Source: Patescibacteria group bacterium (GTDB lineage Bacteria; Patescibacteriota; Microgenomatia; UBA8517). From it: DNA of 60,681 bases. The DNA lies in assembly GCA_022868165.1 (NCBI GenBank), contig JALHYA010000004.1, positions 149,432-210,112 on the forward strand, written 5' to 3'. The notes under the pieces are model-generated. The model did no database searches, was not told the DNA's origin, and saw only the letters and a list, made by a program, of their open reading frames with translations. Positions 18,725-28,364 of the stretch are shown here, piece by piece (the stretch's first letter is position 1; the number at the start of each line of letters is the position of its first letter). The position numbers were made by a program, and so were the translations under genes.

Positions 18725-20196
18725 CAGTTTTAATTGTCGGTTATAACCCGGACGCAGACCTCAATCTTATTAAGAAAGCTTGGAAGTTTGTGAAGCTCGC
18801 TCATACCGGGCAAAAAAGATTAAGCGGTGAACCCTTTGCCTCTCATCCTTTGGAAGTTGCCAAAAGACTTGCGGGGTGGCATATGGATACAACAACAATT
18901 GTCGCCGCACTTCTTCACGACACCATTGAAGACGGAGGAGCCAAGAGAGAAGACATTGTGCAGGAGTTCGGAGATGATGTCGCAAGGCTTGTTGACGGAG
19001 TTACAAAAGTAACGGAATTAAGACTTATCGGTACCCACAAGCAGGCGTCTGTGGAAAATCTTAGAAAAATGATTTTGGCTATGGCTAAAGATTTGCGCGT
19101 GGTTTTTCTAAAGCTTGCCGACCGCTTGCATAATATGGAAACATTGTCGTATCTCTCTCCCGAGAAACAAAAAGAAAATGCCATAGAAACCTTAGAAGTA
19201 TATGTTCCGCTTGCCGAAAGATTGGGAATGGGAAGGGTAAAAGCTCAATTGGACGATTTGGCGTTTCCTTATGTTTACCCGGATGATTATAAGAAATTGG
19301 TTAACCTTTCAAAACCTTATTTTAAAAGAGCCGAGGAGCATATAAAGAAAATGAAAAGAAAGATATTGGTTGCCCTTTCGAAAGAAAACGTAAAAGCTGA
19401 AGTTCATGGAAGAAAGAAACATCTTTATTCTTTATGGATAAAATTGCAAAGGCCGGACATAGACTGGGATTTTGATAAGATTTATGACATTGTTGCTTTA
19501 AGAATCATTGTGGGAACCGTTTCGCAGTGTCATACGGCTTTGGGGACGGTGCACGGTCTTTATAAACCCGTACCGCATGTAGGTCTTTCCGATTTCATAG
19601 CTCAACCCAAGCCCAATGGATATAGATCAATTCATACAAAAGTTTTTGGACCGGGCGGAAGAATAGTTGAAGTGCAGATAAGAACATTTCTGATGCACGA
19701 AGAGGCTGAATACGGCGCTGCCGCACACTGGGCATATTCCGAATCAAAATCATTGGGCGCAAGCAGCGAGGTTTTGGAAAAGGGAAGAGGAACCACCTCA
19801 AAGGTGAGCAAACTTCCATGGGTGAAGCAACTTTTGGAATGGCAGAAGGAGATTTCGGATTCGGAAGAGTTTCTGAAAGCAGTCAAATTTGACGCTCTAA
19901 GGCACAGAAACTTTATCTTCTCGCCATTGGGAGACGTTTATGATTTGCCGGTAGGGGCCACACCTGTGGATTTCGCCTATGCAGTGCATACAGACTTGGG
20001 AAAGAGCATTTCCGGAGCAAAAGTGGACGGGAAGATGGTTCCATTGGACTACAAGCTTAAGAGTGGACAAGTAGTCGAAATTATAAAATCCAAGAATGAA
20101 AAAGGACCAAGCGTTAAATGGCTTAACTTCGCCGCCACAAGGCAAGCGGCAAGCGAGATAAATAAGTATTTGAGAAAGAGGGAGAAAACAAGGTAA
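18700..20196 (+). CDS. rel: RelA/SpoT homologue (HD hydrolase + synthetase + TGS, no ACT region)
   Basis: HD motif LLHDTIEDGG, synthetase motifs YRSIHT and EVQIRT, TGS segment, then the ORF ends. Confidence 0.9.
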   Translation: MEKEFKNLTVLIVGYNPDADLNLIKKAWKFVKLAHTGQKRLSGEPFASHPLEVAKRLAGWHMDTTTIVAALLHDTIEDGGAKREDIVQEFGDDVARLVDGVTKVTELRLIGTHKQASVENLRKMILAMAKDLRVVFLKLADRLHNMETLSYLSPEKQKENAIETLEVYVPLAERLGMGRVKAQLDDLAFPYVYPDDYKKLVNLSKPYFKRAEEHIKKMKRKILVALSKENVKAEVHGRKKHLYSLWIKLQRPDIDWDFDKIYDIVALRIIVGTVSQCHTALGTVHGLYKPVPHVGLSDFIAQPKPNGYRSIHTKVFGPGGRIVEVQIRTFLMHEEAEYGAAAHWAYSESKSLGASSEVLEKGRGTTSKVSKLPWVKQLLEWQKEISDSEEFLKAVKFDALRHRNFIFSPLGDVYDLPVGATPVDFAYAVHTDLGKSISGAKVDGKMVPLDYKLKSGQVVEIIKSKNEKGPSVKWLNFAATRQAASEINKYLRKREKTR

Positions 20197-20197
20197 A

Positions 20198-21526
20198 ATG
20201 GGCATAATGAAACGAACATTGATTTGCGAAACCCCCAAGGCTGTCGGAAAAGAAGTTCTTCTTAAGGGTTGGGTAAATACCAAAAGAGACCACGGAAAAA
20301 TAACTTTTGTCGATTTGAGGGACAGGTCGGGAATAGTTCAAGTGGTCGGAAGCGGTGAGGAATTATCTTCTCTGAAACCGGAATATGTTATCGAAATTGT
20401 CGGAGAAGTTAAAAAAAGACCGGAAAATCTGGTCAACCCCAAGCTCAAGACAGGTGAGATAGAAGTCGAAGTAAAGAAAGTAACCGTTCTTTCAAAGGCA
20501 GAAGAACTGCCGTTTGATATGGGCAAAGAGGTACTCGATCTTACCTTGCCGGTTCTTCTCGATAATCGAGCAATAACCTTAAGGCATCCGACACAAAAAG
20601 CGATATTAAAAGTTCAAGAGGTTATCATTGATGCTTTTAGAAAGGCTCTCAAAGAAAAGGACTTTGTAGAATTTCAGGCACCTTCGATTATCCCCGAGAT
20701 TCCGGAAGGAGGAGCCGACGTATTCGAGGTTAAGTATTTTGACCATAAAGCTTATCTTGCTCAGAGTCCACAATTATATAAGCAAATAATGACAGGTGTT
20801 TTTGAGAGAGTTTTTAGCATAAATAAGATATTTAGAGCCGAGCCTTCGGTTACCACAAGACATTTGGCGGAAGTTGTAAGCCTTGATGCCGAATTTGGTT
20901 TTATAGATTCTTGGTTGGATGTGGTGGAAATGGCCGAATATACAATCCGCTACATACTCAAAGAAGTCAGCGAAAAGTGCGAAAAGAAACTGGCGATGTT
21001 TAATGCAACAATTCCCCAAATTAAAGACAAAATCCCGGTTGTTAAACTTCGAGAGGCCCAAGAAATTATTTTTAAGAGAACAAAAATTGATAACAGAAAA
21101 GAAAAAGATTTATCTCCGGAAGATGAAAGGGCGATTTGTGAGTGGGCTTTGGAGGAAAAGGGAAGCGAGCTTGTCTTTGTTTCCCACTATCCTACCAAAT
21201 CAAGACCCTTTTATACCTATCCGGATCCCGATGACCCCGAGTTTAATCAGGGCTTCGACCTTATCGGAAGAGGTTTCGAATGGATGACTGGAGGAAGAAG
21301 AATTGAGAATTATGAACTTTTAGTTGAACATGCCAAGGAGTGGGGAGTGAATATCGAAAAAATTGGTCTGTATCTCCAGGCATTTAAATATGGCATGCCG
21401 CCTGAAGGAGGTTTCGCATTTGGAGCGGAAAGAATAACCCAGGGCATTTTAGGGCTTAAAAACATTCGTGAAGGAACTGCTTTCCCTCGGGATATGGAGA
21501 GAGTGGATTTTAGGCTTTCAAAATAA
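20198..21526 (+). CDS. aspS: Aspartate--tRNA ligase, archaeal/type-2 form
   Basis: QSPQLYKQ flipping loop, FRAEPSVTTRHLAE (motif 2), GGFAFGAERI (motif 3), about 440 aa. Confidence 0.85.
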   Translation: MGIMKRTLICETPKAVGKEVLLKGWVNTKRDHGKITFVDLRDRSGIVQVVGSGEELSSLKPEYVIEIVGEVKKRPENLVNPKLKTGEIEVEVKKVTVLSKAEELPFDMGKEVLDLTLPVLLDNRAITLRHPTQKAILKVQEVIIDAFRKALKEKDFVEFQAPSIIPEIPEGGADVFEVKYFDHKAYLAQSPQLYKQIMTGVFERVFSINKIFRAEPSVTTRHLAEVVSLDAEFGFIDSWLDVVEMAEYTIRYILKEVSEKCEKKLAMFNATIPQIKDKIPVVKLREAQEIIFKRTKIDNRKEKDLSPEDERAICEWALEEKGSELVFVSHYPTKSRPFYTYPDPDDPEFNQGFDLIGRGFEWMTGGRRIENYELLVEHAKEWGVNIEKIGLYLQAFKYGMPPEGGFAFGAERITQGILGLKNIREGTAFPRDMERVDFRLSK

Positions 21527-21532
21527 TTTCAA

Positions 21533-22462
21533 ATGAAACTATTATATTTGGCTTTGTTGTCTTTTTTGCTGATTTCCACATCAGCGTTGTCGTTGACTAA
21601 AATTTCCTCGCCTCCTCAAAAACTTAGCGGGGTTGATGAGTTTATCCGCCAAAATTCGGGAAAAGAGTTTCCTCCAATTCCGGTTTTGAATTCATCAAAT
21701 TCTTCCTTTCCGATGCTCTCTGCCGAAGCCGCACTCGCGGTTGATTTGGATTCGGGAATGCGTCTTTATGAGAAAAATCCGGACAGTCCCCTTCTTCCCG
21801 CTTCAACAACAAAAATTGTCACTGCCCTTGTTGCAATGGATTATTATCCTGAAGGTTTGGTTTTGAAGGTAGGCAATGTATCGGTCGACGGTCAAAAAAT
21901 GGGATTGGTTCCCGGCGAAGAAATAACGGTAAACAATCTTCTTTATGGACTTTTGGTTTTTTCGGGAAACGATGCGGCAGAAGTTTTGGCCCAAAATTAC
22001 CCCGGCGGACGCGACGGTTTTGTTACGGCGATGAACCTCAAAGCAAAGCAGTTAAGTCTAACCGATTCTTATTTTACAAATCCTTCGGGGCTTGACGGAA
22101 ACGGATTAATAACTTCCGCGAGGGATATGGTTAGAGTTTCTGTTGTTGCTATGAAAAACCCAAGGTTTGCTCAAATTGTCGGCACCAAAGAAAAGGTTGT
22201 TACTTCACTCGACGGGAAAATTGTTCATAGGCTGGAGAATATAAACCAACTGTTGGGTAAGATTGCCGGAGTGATGGGAGTCAAAACAGGCTGGACCGAA
22301 GACGCCAGAGAAAATTTGGTGACTTATGTTACCAGGGATAACCATCCTGTGGTGATTGCGCTTCTTGGAAGCCAGGATAGGTTTGGTGAAACAAAAGAGT
22401 TAATCGAATGGATTTTTGGAAACTACGATTGGAAAGAAGTTAAACCTCTTCACTCGCCGTAG
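21533..22462 (+). CDS. D-alanyl-D-alanine carboxypeptidase (peptidase S11)
   Basis: Signal peptide. SxxK (ASTTK), SxN (SGND), KTG (KTGWT). Confidence 0.85.
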   Translation: MKLLYLALLSFLLISTSALSLTKISSPPQKLSGVDEFIRQNSGKEFPPIPVLNSSNSSFPMLSAEAALAVDLDSGMRLYEKNPDSPLLPASTTKIVTALVAMDYYPEGLVLKVGNVSVDGQKMGLVPGEEITVNNLLYGLLVFSGNDAAEVLAQNYPGGRDGFVTAMNLKAKQLSLTDSYFTNPSGLDGNGLITSARDMVRVSVVAMKNPRFAQIVGTKEKVVTSLDGKIVHRLENINQLLGKIAGVMGVKTGWTEDARENLVTYVTRDNHPVVIALLGSQDRFGETKELIEWIFGNYDWKEVKPLHSP

Positions 22463-23496
22463 TAATCCGAAGTTACGGCCGGATCGTAAGCCACAAATCC
22501 ATTGTCTCCTTCAAAAACAATTATTGGCTGGAAAAATTGTGCTTGGGTATTGGAATCGTAGTAGGCCAAATAAACCCTACGGATTTTAACCGAATCTCCA
22601 TTTTTATTTATGCCGTAGGTAGCAACAAAAACTTTGCCTCCTGTTAGCTCATCCCAAGCAGTTTGTGCGGTTTTTATCGGGTAGGTCGAAAATTGTGTTT
22701 CGTCAACCGGGAAGTAGTGTAACTCGGCCGCGATGATTTGTTTTTCTTTTACCAGTGCACCGCTTACCATAAACCAGACATTTGCTTGGTTCGGGTCGGG
22801 CGGGAGACTGGGAAGATTATCATAGGATTTTCTATAGAGGTGTATTTTTACAATGTCCGATTCGGCCAAAGACAAGGCGCCATCAAACTTATCCCCGTTA
22901 ATTTTAAGAAATTCATGGGTAGTAGGACCGCTCAAATCATCGGGAAGTAGGCTGGCCGAGGATAAATAAGAGCGTGCAATAGATGCTGCAATTTCGGGAG
23001 CCGGAGGTTTTTTTTCTATCGGCGAGGAATCTTTCTTTAAATCATAACTAATCGAAAAAATTCCGGTAACGATGTTCATTTCCAAAGTTGCCTCGGAATT
23101 TTTGTTTTTGAATTTATATATGGTCGAAGAGATGCTTTGCTCGGAAGGGTCAAAACCCAAAGAGGCGGCCTTCTCTTTAGCCATATCCAAAGAAAGAAGA
23201 TTGGGTGAGAGTTTTGGTTGGGAAAAAACCTTTGCCTGTGTCGGAAGGGTAGGAAGACCACCCTCCGGCGTTTCCAAACTGAAATTCAGGTTAATTTTTG
23301 CCCTGTCGGGAAAGGGCAGCTTCGGAAGCTTTCCGTAAGAAACGGTAGGCGCAGGCGGAGGCTTAGGGTAAAAATGCCTGTAAACTGCCGTGCCTAGAGT
23401 TAAACCTATCCTTCCTATTATTAGAAAAATCAGAAAGAATATTCCGTACCTAACTATCTTGCGGGTGGTTACTGCCACGCGGGAAAGAGTGGTCAT
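22450..23496 (-). CDS. Hypothetical membrane-anchored protein
   Basis: 348-aa ORF with an N-terminal TM helix, convergent with the carboxypeptidase gene. No domain recognised. Confidence 0.55.
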   Translation of the reverse strand: MTTLSRVAVTTRKIVRYGIFFLIFLIIGRIGLTLGTAVYRHFYPKPPPAPTVSYGKLPKLPFPDRAKINLNFSLETPEGGLPTLPTQAKVFSQPKLSPNLLSLDMAKEKAASLGFDPSEQSISSTIYKFKNKNSEATLEMNIVTGIFSISYDLKKDSSPIEKKPPAPEIAASIARSYLSSASLLPDDLSGPTTHEFLKINGDKFDGALSLAESDIVKIHLYRKSYDNLPSLPPDPNQANVWFMVSGALVKEKQIIAAELHYFPVDETQFSTYPIKTAQTAWDELTGGKVFVATYGINKNGDSVKIRRVYLAYYDSNTQAQFFQPIIVFEGDNGFVAYDPAVTSDYYGE

Positions 23497-23541
23497 TTCT
23501 CTTTTGAGTATAGCCTTGATTCATTGTAGAATTCAATTGGA

Positions 23542-24876
23542 ATGGCTAAAATCAGGACTCGTTTTGCTCCTTCGCCAACCGGCGCACTTCATATCGGGGG
23601 ACTGCGAACGGCACTTTATGCTTACGCGATGGCAAAGCATTCATCCGGTGATTTTATTCTTCGGATTGAGGATACGGACAAAAAGCGTGAAGTTCCCGGC
23701 TCAAAAGAAAAAATCAAAGAGCTTTTGACATTAGAAGGCCTCAAGTGGGATGAATATTATGAACAGTCAAAGAGAGTTGAAGAAGGAATTTACAAAAAAG
23801 CAGCCGAAAAACTGGTCGCAGAAGAACACGCTTTTTATTGTCAGCACAAAGGTCGAAATGCCAAAGAAGAAGGATATTCAAAGGAGCTTCGCGACTCTTG
23901 CCGGGATTTGGGACTTAAAGAAGGCGCAATAAAGCTCAAAGTTTCCGACGGAGAAAAAATTTCCTTTACGGATTTTGTTTTGGGCAAAGAAGTTTCTTGG
24001 GACACGTCAACCGTTGCAGATACTACACTTCTTAAGTCCGATGGTTTTCCGACTTATCACTTGGCGGTCGTTGTCGACGATACAGACATGAATGTTACAC
24101 ATGTTTTAAGGGGACATGATTGGATGCCTTCAACGCCCGTTCATCTTCTTGTTTATAAATATCTTGGTTATAAAGTTCCGGAAATAGGGCATTTAACGGA
24201 TATACTTGACCCCGAAGGCGGAAAGCTTTCAAAGAGAAAGGGCAGCACATCTTTAGATGGACTTTTATCGGAAGGCTATCTTCCCGAAGCGATTCTGAAT
24301 TTTGTGATGCTTTTGGGTTGGGCCCCCAAGGATAACCGCGAGCAATTTAGCCTTGCAGAATTTGTCAAAACTTTCGACCCATCAGGTTTCCAAAAATCAA
24401 ATCCGATATTTAATAAAGAGAAACTGGACTGGTTTAGCGGCGAATATATTCGCCGAACTCAAAACTCAAATCTTAAATCTCAAATCTGGGAATTTCTCGG
24501 CAAGAAATATCCGGCCGAGTTAATAGAGCAAACTATCCCATTAGTTAAAGAAAGGATGAAAAAACTTTCAGATTATTGGTCTATGGCCGGATTTTTCTTC
24601 GAAGAAAAAAGACCGGATATGGCTTTATTCGGGTCGGACTACAAAAAGCATTTAACTTCTGCCCACGAGGCGCTATTAAGGATAGATACATGGAACAAGG
24701 CTTCGATCGACGATGCCCTTATGAATGAAGTCAAAGATAATTTATTCAACACGGGAGACTTTTTCATGGACTTGAGGGTCGCAATTACCGGAGGTAAATT
24801 TACTCCGCCAATCAATGATTCAATTGTCATTTTAGGAAAAGAAGAAACGCTTTCCCGGATAAAGAAAATTATATGA
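23542..24876 (+). CDS. gltX: Glutamate--tRNA ligase
   Basis: RFAPSPTGALHIGG (HIGH) and KLSKRKG (KMSKS). Confidence 0.92.
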   Translation: MAKIRTRFAPSPTGALHIGGLRTALYAYAMAKHSSGDFILRIEDTDKKREVPGSKEKIKELLTLEGLKWDEYYEQSKRVEEGIYKKAAEKLVAEEHAFYCQHKGRNAKEEGYSKELRDSCRDLGLKEGAIKLKVSDGEKISFTDFVLGKEVSWDTSTVADTTLLKSDGFPTYHLAVVVDDTDMNVTHVLRGHDWMPSTPVHLLVYKYLGYKVPEIGHLTDILDPEGGKLSKRKGSTSLDGLLSEGYLPEAILNFVMLLGWAPKDNREQFSLAEFVKTFDPSGFQKSNPIFNKEKLDWFSGEYIRRTQNSNLKSQIWEFLGKKYPAELIEQTIPLVKERMKKLSDYWSMAGFFFEEKRPDMALFGSDYKKHLTSAHEALLRIDTWNKASIDDALMNEVKDNLFNTGDFFMDLRVAITGGKFTPPINDSIVILGKEETLSRIKKII

Positions 24877-25850
24877 AGAGATCTCCTACCCAGACATATC
24901 AAGACATAGCGAAAGACAGGATTGGTTTTGAATTTCTCCGCAACAAACTTAAGCTAAAGCATCTTCAAGAAAAAGATAAGTTTTCAAAGAAGTTCCCACA
25001 TGCGGCAAAGTTTTTCGAAAGCCGGAAAGTTGACCTTGGAAAAATCCGACAGCATTCGGCGGCGATTTTGGGAGCCGGGGCATTAACGGGAACTCTTCTT
25101 TTGGCTCCTTCCACGGGTTTTGGAAGTTTATCTGTACCCAAAGAAATTTTACAAAGTGCCAAAAATTTGTCCCAAGCAAAAGGTTCGGAGTTTCCCCAGA
25201 AGCTTTTGCTTGATTCAATCTCACAAGTTCTTCCTAAAAAACCGCAGCCGCTAAATCGAAGCCAGGAAAAAACCTTGGAACAGCTGTTCAAAAATATAAT
25301 CGGTGTAACCGCCAAAGGAACTTTGGAAGGGGAACACTTAAATACTACCTATGGTTTAATCGGTGCCGAACAGCATCTTTACCGCTATCCCGGCGACAAT
25401 ATTACTCAGCATGGTACTGGTCAAATTTTAAAAGAGGGAATAGCGCCTGGTTTGGGAGCCTGGGGTTATTTCGCGCCGTCCGCAGATAAACTTTCGCCTC
25501 AACTGGCAGAAGACGAAAAATGGTATGCGGTCGTGCAAACTTTATATTTGCCCGACTGGAATAAGCGCCTGCCATACCTTCGGGACTGGTATAAATACAG
25601 AAAGGTCTTGATAGTAAATACCGACAACGGAAATGCGGTCGTTGCGGCCATTGCCGACTCGGGACCTGCAGCCTGGACCGGAAAACACTTTGGAGGAAGC
25701 CCTGAAGTAATGGAATACCTAGGGGGCCCGCGTTATAAAAAAGGACCGGTAGTTCTTTTTTTTGTGGACGACCCGGAAAATAAGGTTCCGTTAGGTCCGG
25801 TCGAATATAATAAGATTAACCTGCCGCAGTTGGCACTGAGTCAAGTCTGA
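24873..25850 (+). CDS. Hypothetical membrane-anchored protein, possible RlpA-like double-psi beta-barrel at C-terminus
   Basis: ATGA overlap with gltX. C-terminal KVLIVNTDNGNAVVAAIADSGP resembles RlpA/DPBB, but this is a weak call. Confidence 0.5.
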   Translation: MKRSPTQTYQDIAKDRIGFEFLRNKLKLKHLQEKDKFSKKFPHAAKFFESRKVDLGKIRQHSAAILGAGALTGTLLLAPSTGFGSLSVPKEILQSAKNLSQAKGSEFPQKLLLDSISQVLPKKPQPLNRSQEKTLEQLFKNIIGVTAKGTLEGEHLNTTYGLIGAEQHLYRYPGDNITQHGTGQILKEGIAPGLGAWGYFAPSADKLSPQLAEDEKWYAVVQTLYLPDWNKRLPYLRDWYKYRKVLIVNTDNGNAVVAAIADSGPAAWTGKHFGGSPEVMEYLGGPRYKKGPVVLFFVDDPENKVPLGPVEYNKINLPQLALSQV

Positions 25851-25854
25851 AAAT

Positions 25855-26208
25855 ATGAGTAAACTTTTCTACGATCATTTAATTGTTTTTGAAGAAATAG
25901 AAAGCGAAATCGATAAAAGCGCCAAGTCTCCCGAAGAGCGTGAAGAATTGTGGGGAATCGTTGATGAAATAGTCAACCATAGAGTAATGGCGGCCATATT
26001 GGATAAGCTTCCAAAAAAGCACCACGAAGAGTTTTTGGATATGTTCCACAAAGCTCCTCATGATGAGGCGCTTTTTGACTATCTCAAAGAAAAAGTCGGC
26101 GAGAATGTCGAGGAGTTAATTAAAGGCGAAATCGGCGATTTGGCCTACGAACTTTTGGAAGAAATCAGAGGAAAGGAAGGTCAGAAGGTTAGCGGCGAGA
26201 AGAAATAA
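25855..26208 (+). CDS. Hypothetical acidic 117-aa protein
   Basis: Glu/Asp-rich helical ORF. Its stop overlaps the start of the next gene (TAATG). Confidence 0.5.
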   Translation: MSKLFYDHLIVFEEIESEIDKSAKSPEEREELWGIVDEIVNHRVMAAILDKLPKKHHEEFLDMFHKAPHDEALFDYLKEKVGENVEELIKGEIGDLAYELLEEIRGKEGQKVSGEKK

Positions 26209-26519
26209 TGGACAAAAACTATCGCGGGCTGGGCTGGACAGACCATGCATTAAAGCGCATGGCTGACAGGAAAATTAGCCAAGGGGATGCCTGGGCAACA
26301 TGGAACCGTCCGGACCAAAGCAGAAAAGCCACCATAAAAGGAGCTTGGATTTACTACAAAACTTTTGGCAAAAACAAAATTGAGGTTGTGGCCAAAAAGG
26401 AGAACGGAAAGTGGGTTATTCTTTCGGTTTGGTCACGCACGATTTGGGGAAGACCCAAAAAGGCAGAGCCCTTTTTAAGCTTCTTGTGGAAGAGGATTTT
26501 GGCTTCGATCAAAAAGTAG
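26208..26519 (+). CDS. DUF4258-like small basic protein (toxin-like)
   Basis: WTDHALKRMADRKIS motif, similar to the DUF4258 HAxxRMxxR signature. 103 aa. Confidence 0.5.
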   Translation: MDKNYRGLGWTDHALKRMADRKISQGDAWATWNRPDQSRKATIKGAWIYYKTFGKNKIEVVAKKENGKWVILSVWSRTIWGRPKKAEPFLSFLWKRILASIKK

Positions 26520-26581
26520 CGGGAGACAGGTGTCAGGCCTTTTTCTTGGCTTTGTGCTACAATTAGCCTCGAAAGATTCAT

Positions 26582-26652
26582 TGGGAGATCGTCTAATGGT
26601 AGGACACGTCCCTCTGGAGGATGTAATCTAGGTTCGAATCCTAGTCTCCCAG
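26582..26652 (+). tRNA. tRNA-Gln (anticodon CUG)
   Basis: A 71-nt cloverleaf folded by hand. U1-A72 and G73 as in bacterial tRNA-Gln. Anticodon loop CUCUGGA. T-loop GGTTCGAATCC. CCA not encoded. Confidence 0.9.
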
Positions 26653-26666
26653 CACAATTTTAATGC

Positions 26667-27320
26667 ATGAATAAATCTACTACTTCAGACAATAATTTGG
26701 TCGAAATACAAAAAGTTAATCGTGCCACATACGATAATCTTGCCAATGAGTATGAGCAAAGAAACAAAACACTTAAAAATGTGACTGAGTATGCTTTATC
26801 ACTGTTTATAAAACACCTAAGTTCGGGGAAAGAAATTTTGGAAACTGGGTGTGCAGTTGGTTTAGCAATAAACATAATGGAGAGAAAAGGACTCAATGTA
26901 ACTGGAATTGATATTTCACCAAAGATGGTTAAATATGCAAAGAAAAGAAATCCTAAAAGCGATATTGTTTTAGGAGACTTTTTAACATATAAATTTGGTA
27001 AAAAATATGACGGCATTTTCTCGTTTGCATTCATTCATCTTTTTCCTAAAAATATTGCGTTAAAGATCCTAAAGAAAATGTATGAACTTCTTAAATCCGG
27101 AGGCGTGCTTTATTTAGGAACCAGCAGATCTAAACAAAGTTATGAATCTTGGGAAGTGAAAAAGGACTATCAGAATAAAAAGAGACGCTTCAGAAAACAT
27201 TGGACCCAGAAAGAGCTCGAAAACGCGCTTATTGAAACAGGTTTCAAAAAATTAGATTTATATATTATCGAGGATCCATTCAAAAAAGTATGGATGGATT
27301 TTGTAGTCCAGAAACCGTAG
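26667..27320 (+). CDS. Class I SAM-dependent methyltransferase
   Basis: Motif I ILETGCAVGLAI, followed by VTGIDISPKMV. Confidence 0.85.
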   Translation: MNKSTTSDNNLVEIQKVNRATYDNLANEYEQRNKTLKNVTEYALSLFIKHLSSGKEILETGCAVGLAINIMERKGLNVTGIDISPKMVKYAKKRNPKSDIVLGDFLTYKFGKKYDGIFSFAFIHLFPKNIALKILKKMYELLKSGGVLYLGTSRSKQSYESWEVKKDYQNKKRRFRKHWTQKELENALIETGFKKLDLYIIEDPFKKVWMDFVVQKP

Positions 27321-27327
27321 TATTTAT

Positions 27328-27437
27328 GGGCTCGAATGGTTCGAGACCCTACTGCTCAGCTCGGAGCAAGCAAAGCTTGCGGAGATCCTGAGTGAGCGAA
27401 GTGAATCGAAGGGCAAGTATATGCACCCCTAGTGACC
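27328..27437. repeat. Mosaic intergenic repeat, B-type copy 1 (with extra internal module)
   Basis: 38-nt core tgctcagctcggagcaagcaaagcttgcggagatcctg at 27353-27390 is identical to 28856-28893. The flanks ggctcg..gg(t)tc.agacc and cacccc(t)agtgac are also shared. Confidence 0.85.
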
Positions 27438-27492
27438 ATGATGCCTCAAAAAGCCCGAAATTTACCACTTAATGATATAATAACGGCCAATT

Positions 27493-28146
27493 ATGTCAGT
27501 TGAGTCTAATAAATCTCAGGAACCAACCTCAACTTTAAAACAAGTAGTAGAAGCCTACGGACGTGATCGATGTAACCCCGAGCTTCTAACCCAATTTATG
27601 TATGCTTTTTGGGCAGAAGCAGGCCAAAGAATTGGGAAAGAGTATGTTGTTTCTGAATTTCCCTTGAAATCTCAAGAGATTAAGGAGAGGATAAAAAACG
27701 GCCAAATGGCTATTTTTGTTCCAGCAGAAGTAAGTAGGATTGATTTAGGAAAAATGTTTCCTAAAATGGGAGGCTGGGTGGTTCAAGAAGAAAATTCAGT
27801 TGTTGACGGAGTCAATAATTTCGGTTGGCTTTGGATTGAGGATTCAGTTGATTCTCCAAATAGAAATACTACCCAAAGACAATTGGAAAAGAAATTCAAG
27901 AAAGAAAAAAGACAAGGACAATCATTAAGAAGTTATATTGTCGGAAGCCAAATTAATAAATTGTTAAATGATAAATATTTTGATGGAGGACAAATCTGGT
28001 CAAGGCTGCTGGGTTCTTGTCGTGGAGATGGGGTTCTTATCTCCGGCTTCGGTTCCCGTGGCGACCTGTCTGTCCATTCGTTTCTGTATCCTGAGGATCG
28101 CGATGAGTTCGTAGGTGGTCGTTCCGAGGAAGTGGTTAAACCTTAA
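27493..28146 (+). CDS. Hypothetical protein (217 aa), orphan
   Basis: Long ORF bracketed by repeat-bearing spacers. No motif recognised. Confidence 0.55.
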   Translation: MSVESNKSQEPTSTLKQVVEAYGRDRCNPELLTQFMYAFWAEAGQRIGKEYVVSEFPLKSQEIKERIKNGQMAIFVPAEVSRIDLGKMFPKMGGWVVQEENSVVDGVNNFGWLWIEDSVDSPNRNTTQRQLEKKFKKEKRQGQSLRSYIVGSQINKLLNDKYFDGGQIWSRLLGSCRGDGVLISGFGSRGDLSVHSFLYPEDRDEFVGGRSEEVVKP

Positions 28147-28195
28147 TTTTTGGAGTTTTTGTTCTTTTTAACCCTTTGAACTTTTTATACTGTCT

Positions 28196-28219
28196 CATTT
28201 AGCCTGGGTGTGAGACAAT
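28196..28219. repeat. Mosaic intergenic repeat, C-type copy 1
   Basis: catttagcctgggtgtgagacaat matches 33505-33528 with one mismatch. Confidence 0.8.
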
Positions 28220-28263
28220 CAGTTATAAGCGAAGCTTGAAACATTTTGTGTTATAAGGGTTGA

Positions 28264-28311
28264 AAGGTTCTAGACCGGCCATTCGATAAGCTTATGGCCT
28301 TCGGCCCGCTC
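28264..28311. repeat. Mosaic intergenic repeat, A-type copy 1
   Basis: aaggttctagaccGGCCATtcgataagcttATGGCCttcggcccgctc. Same architecture at 29812 and 34955. Confidence 0.85.
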
Positions 28312-28364
28312 AGCAATTACTCAGTGATAGAAATTTTACTCCACCTCGTTATATACTTTTAGGA

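Noticed and set aside
20150-24900. T-box leaders upstream of the aaRS genes (aspS, gltX, and also lysS and serS elsewhere)
   Set aside because: The upstream spacers are 1-45 nt, or the genes overlap their neighbours. That is far too short for a T-box riboswitch of about 200 nt.
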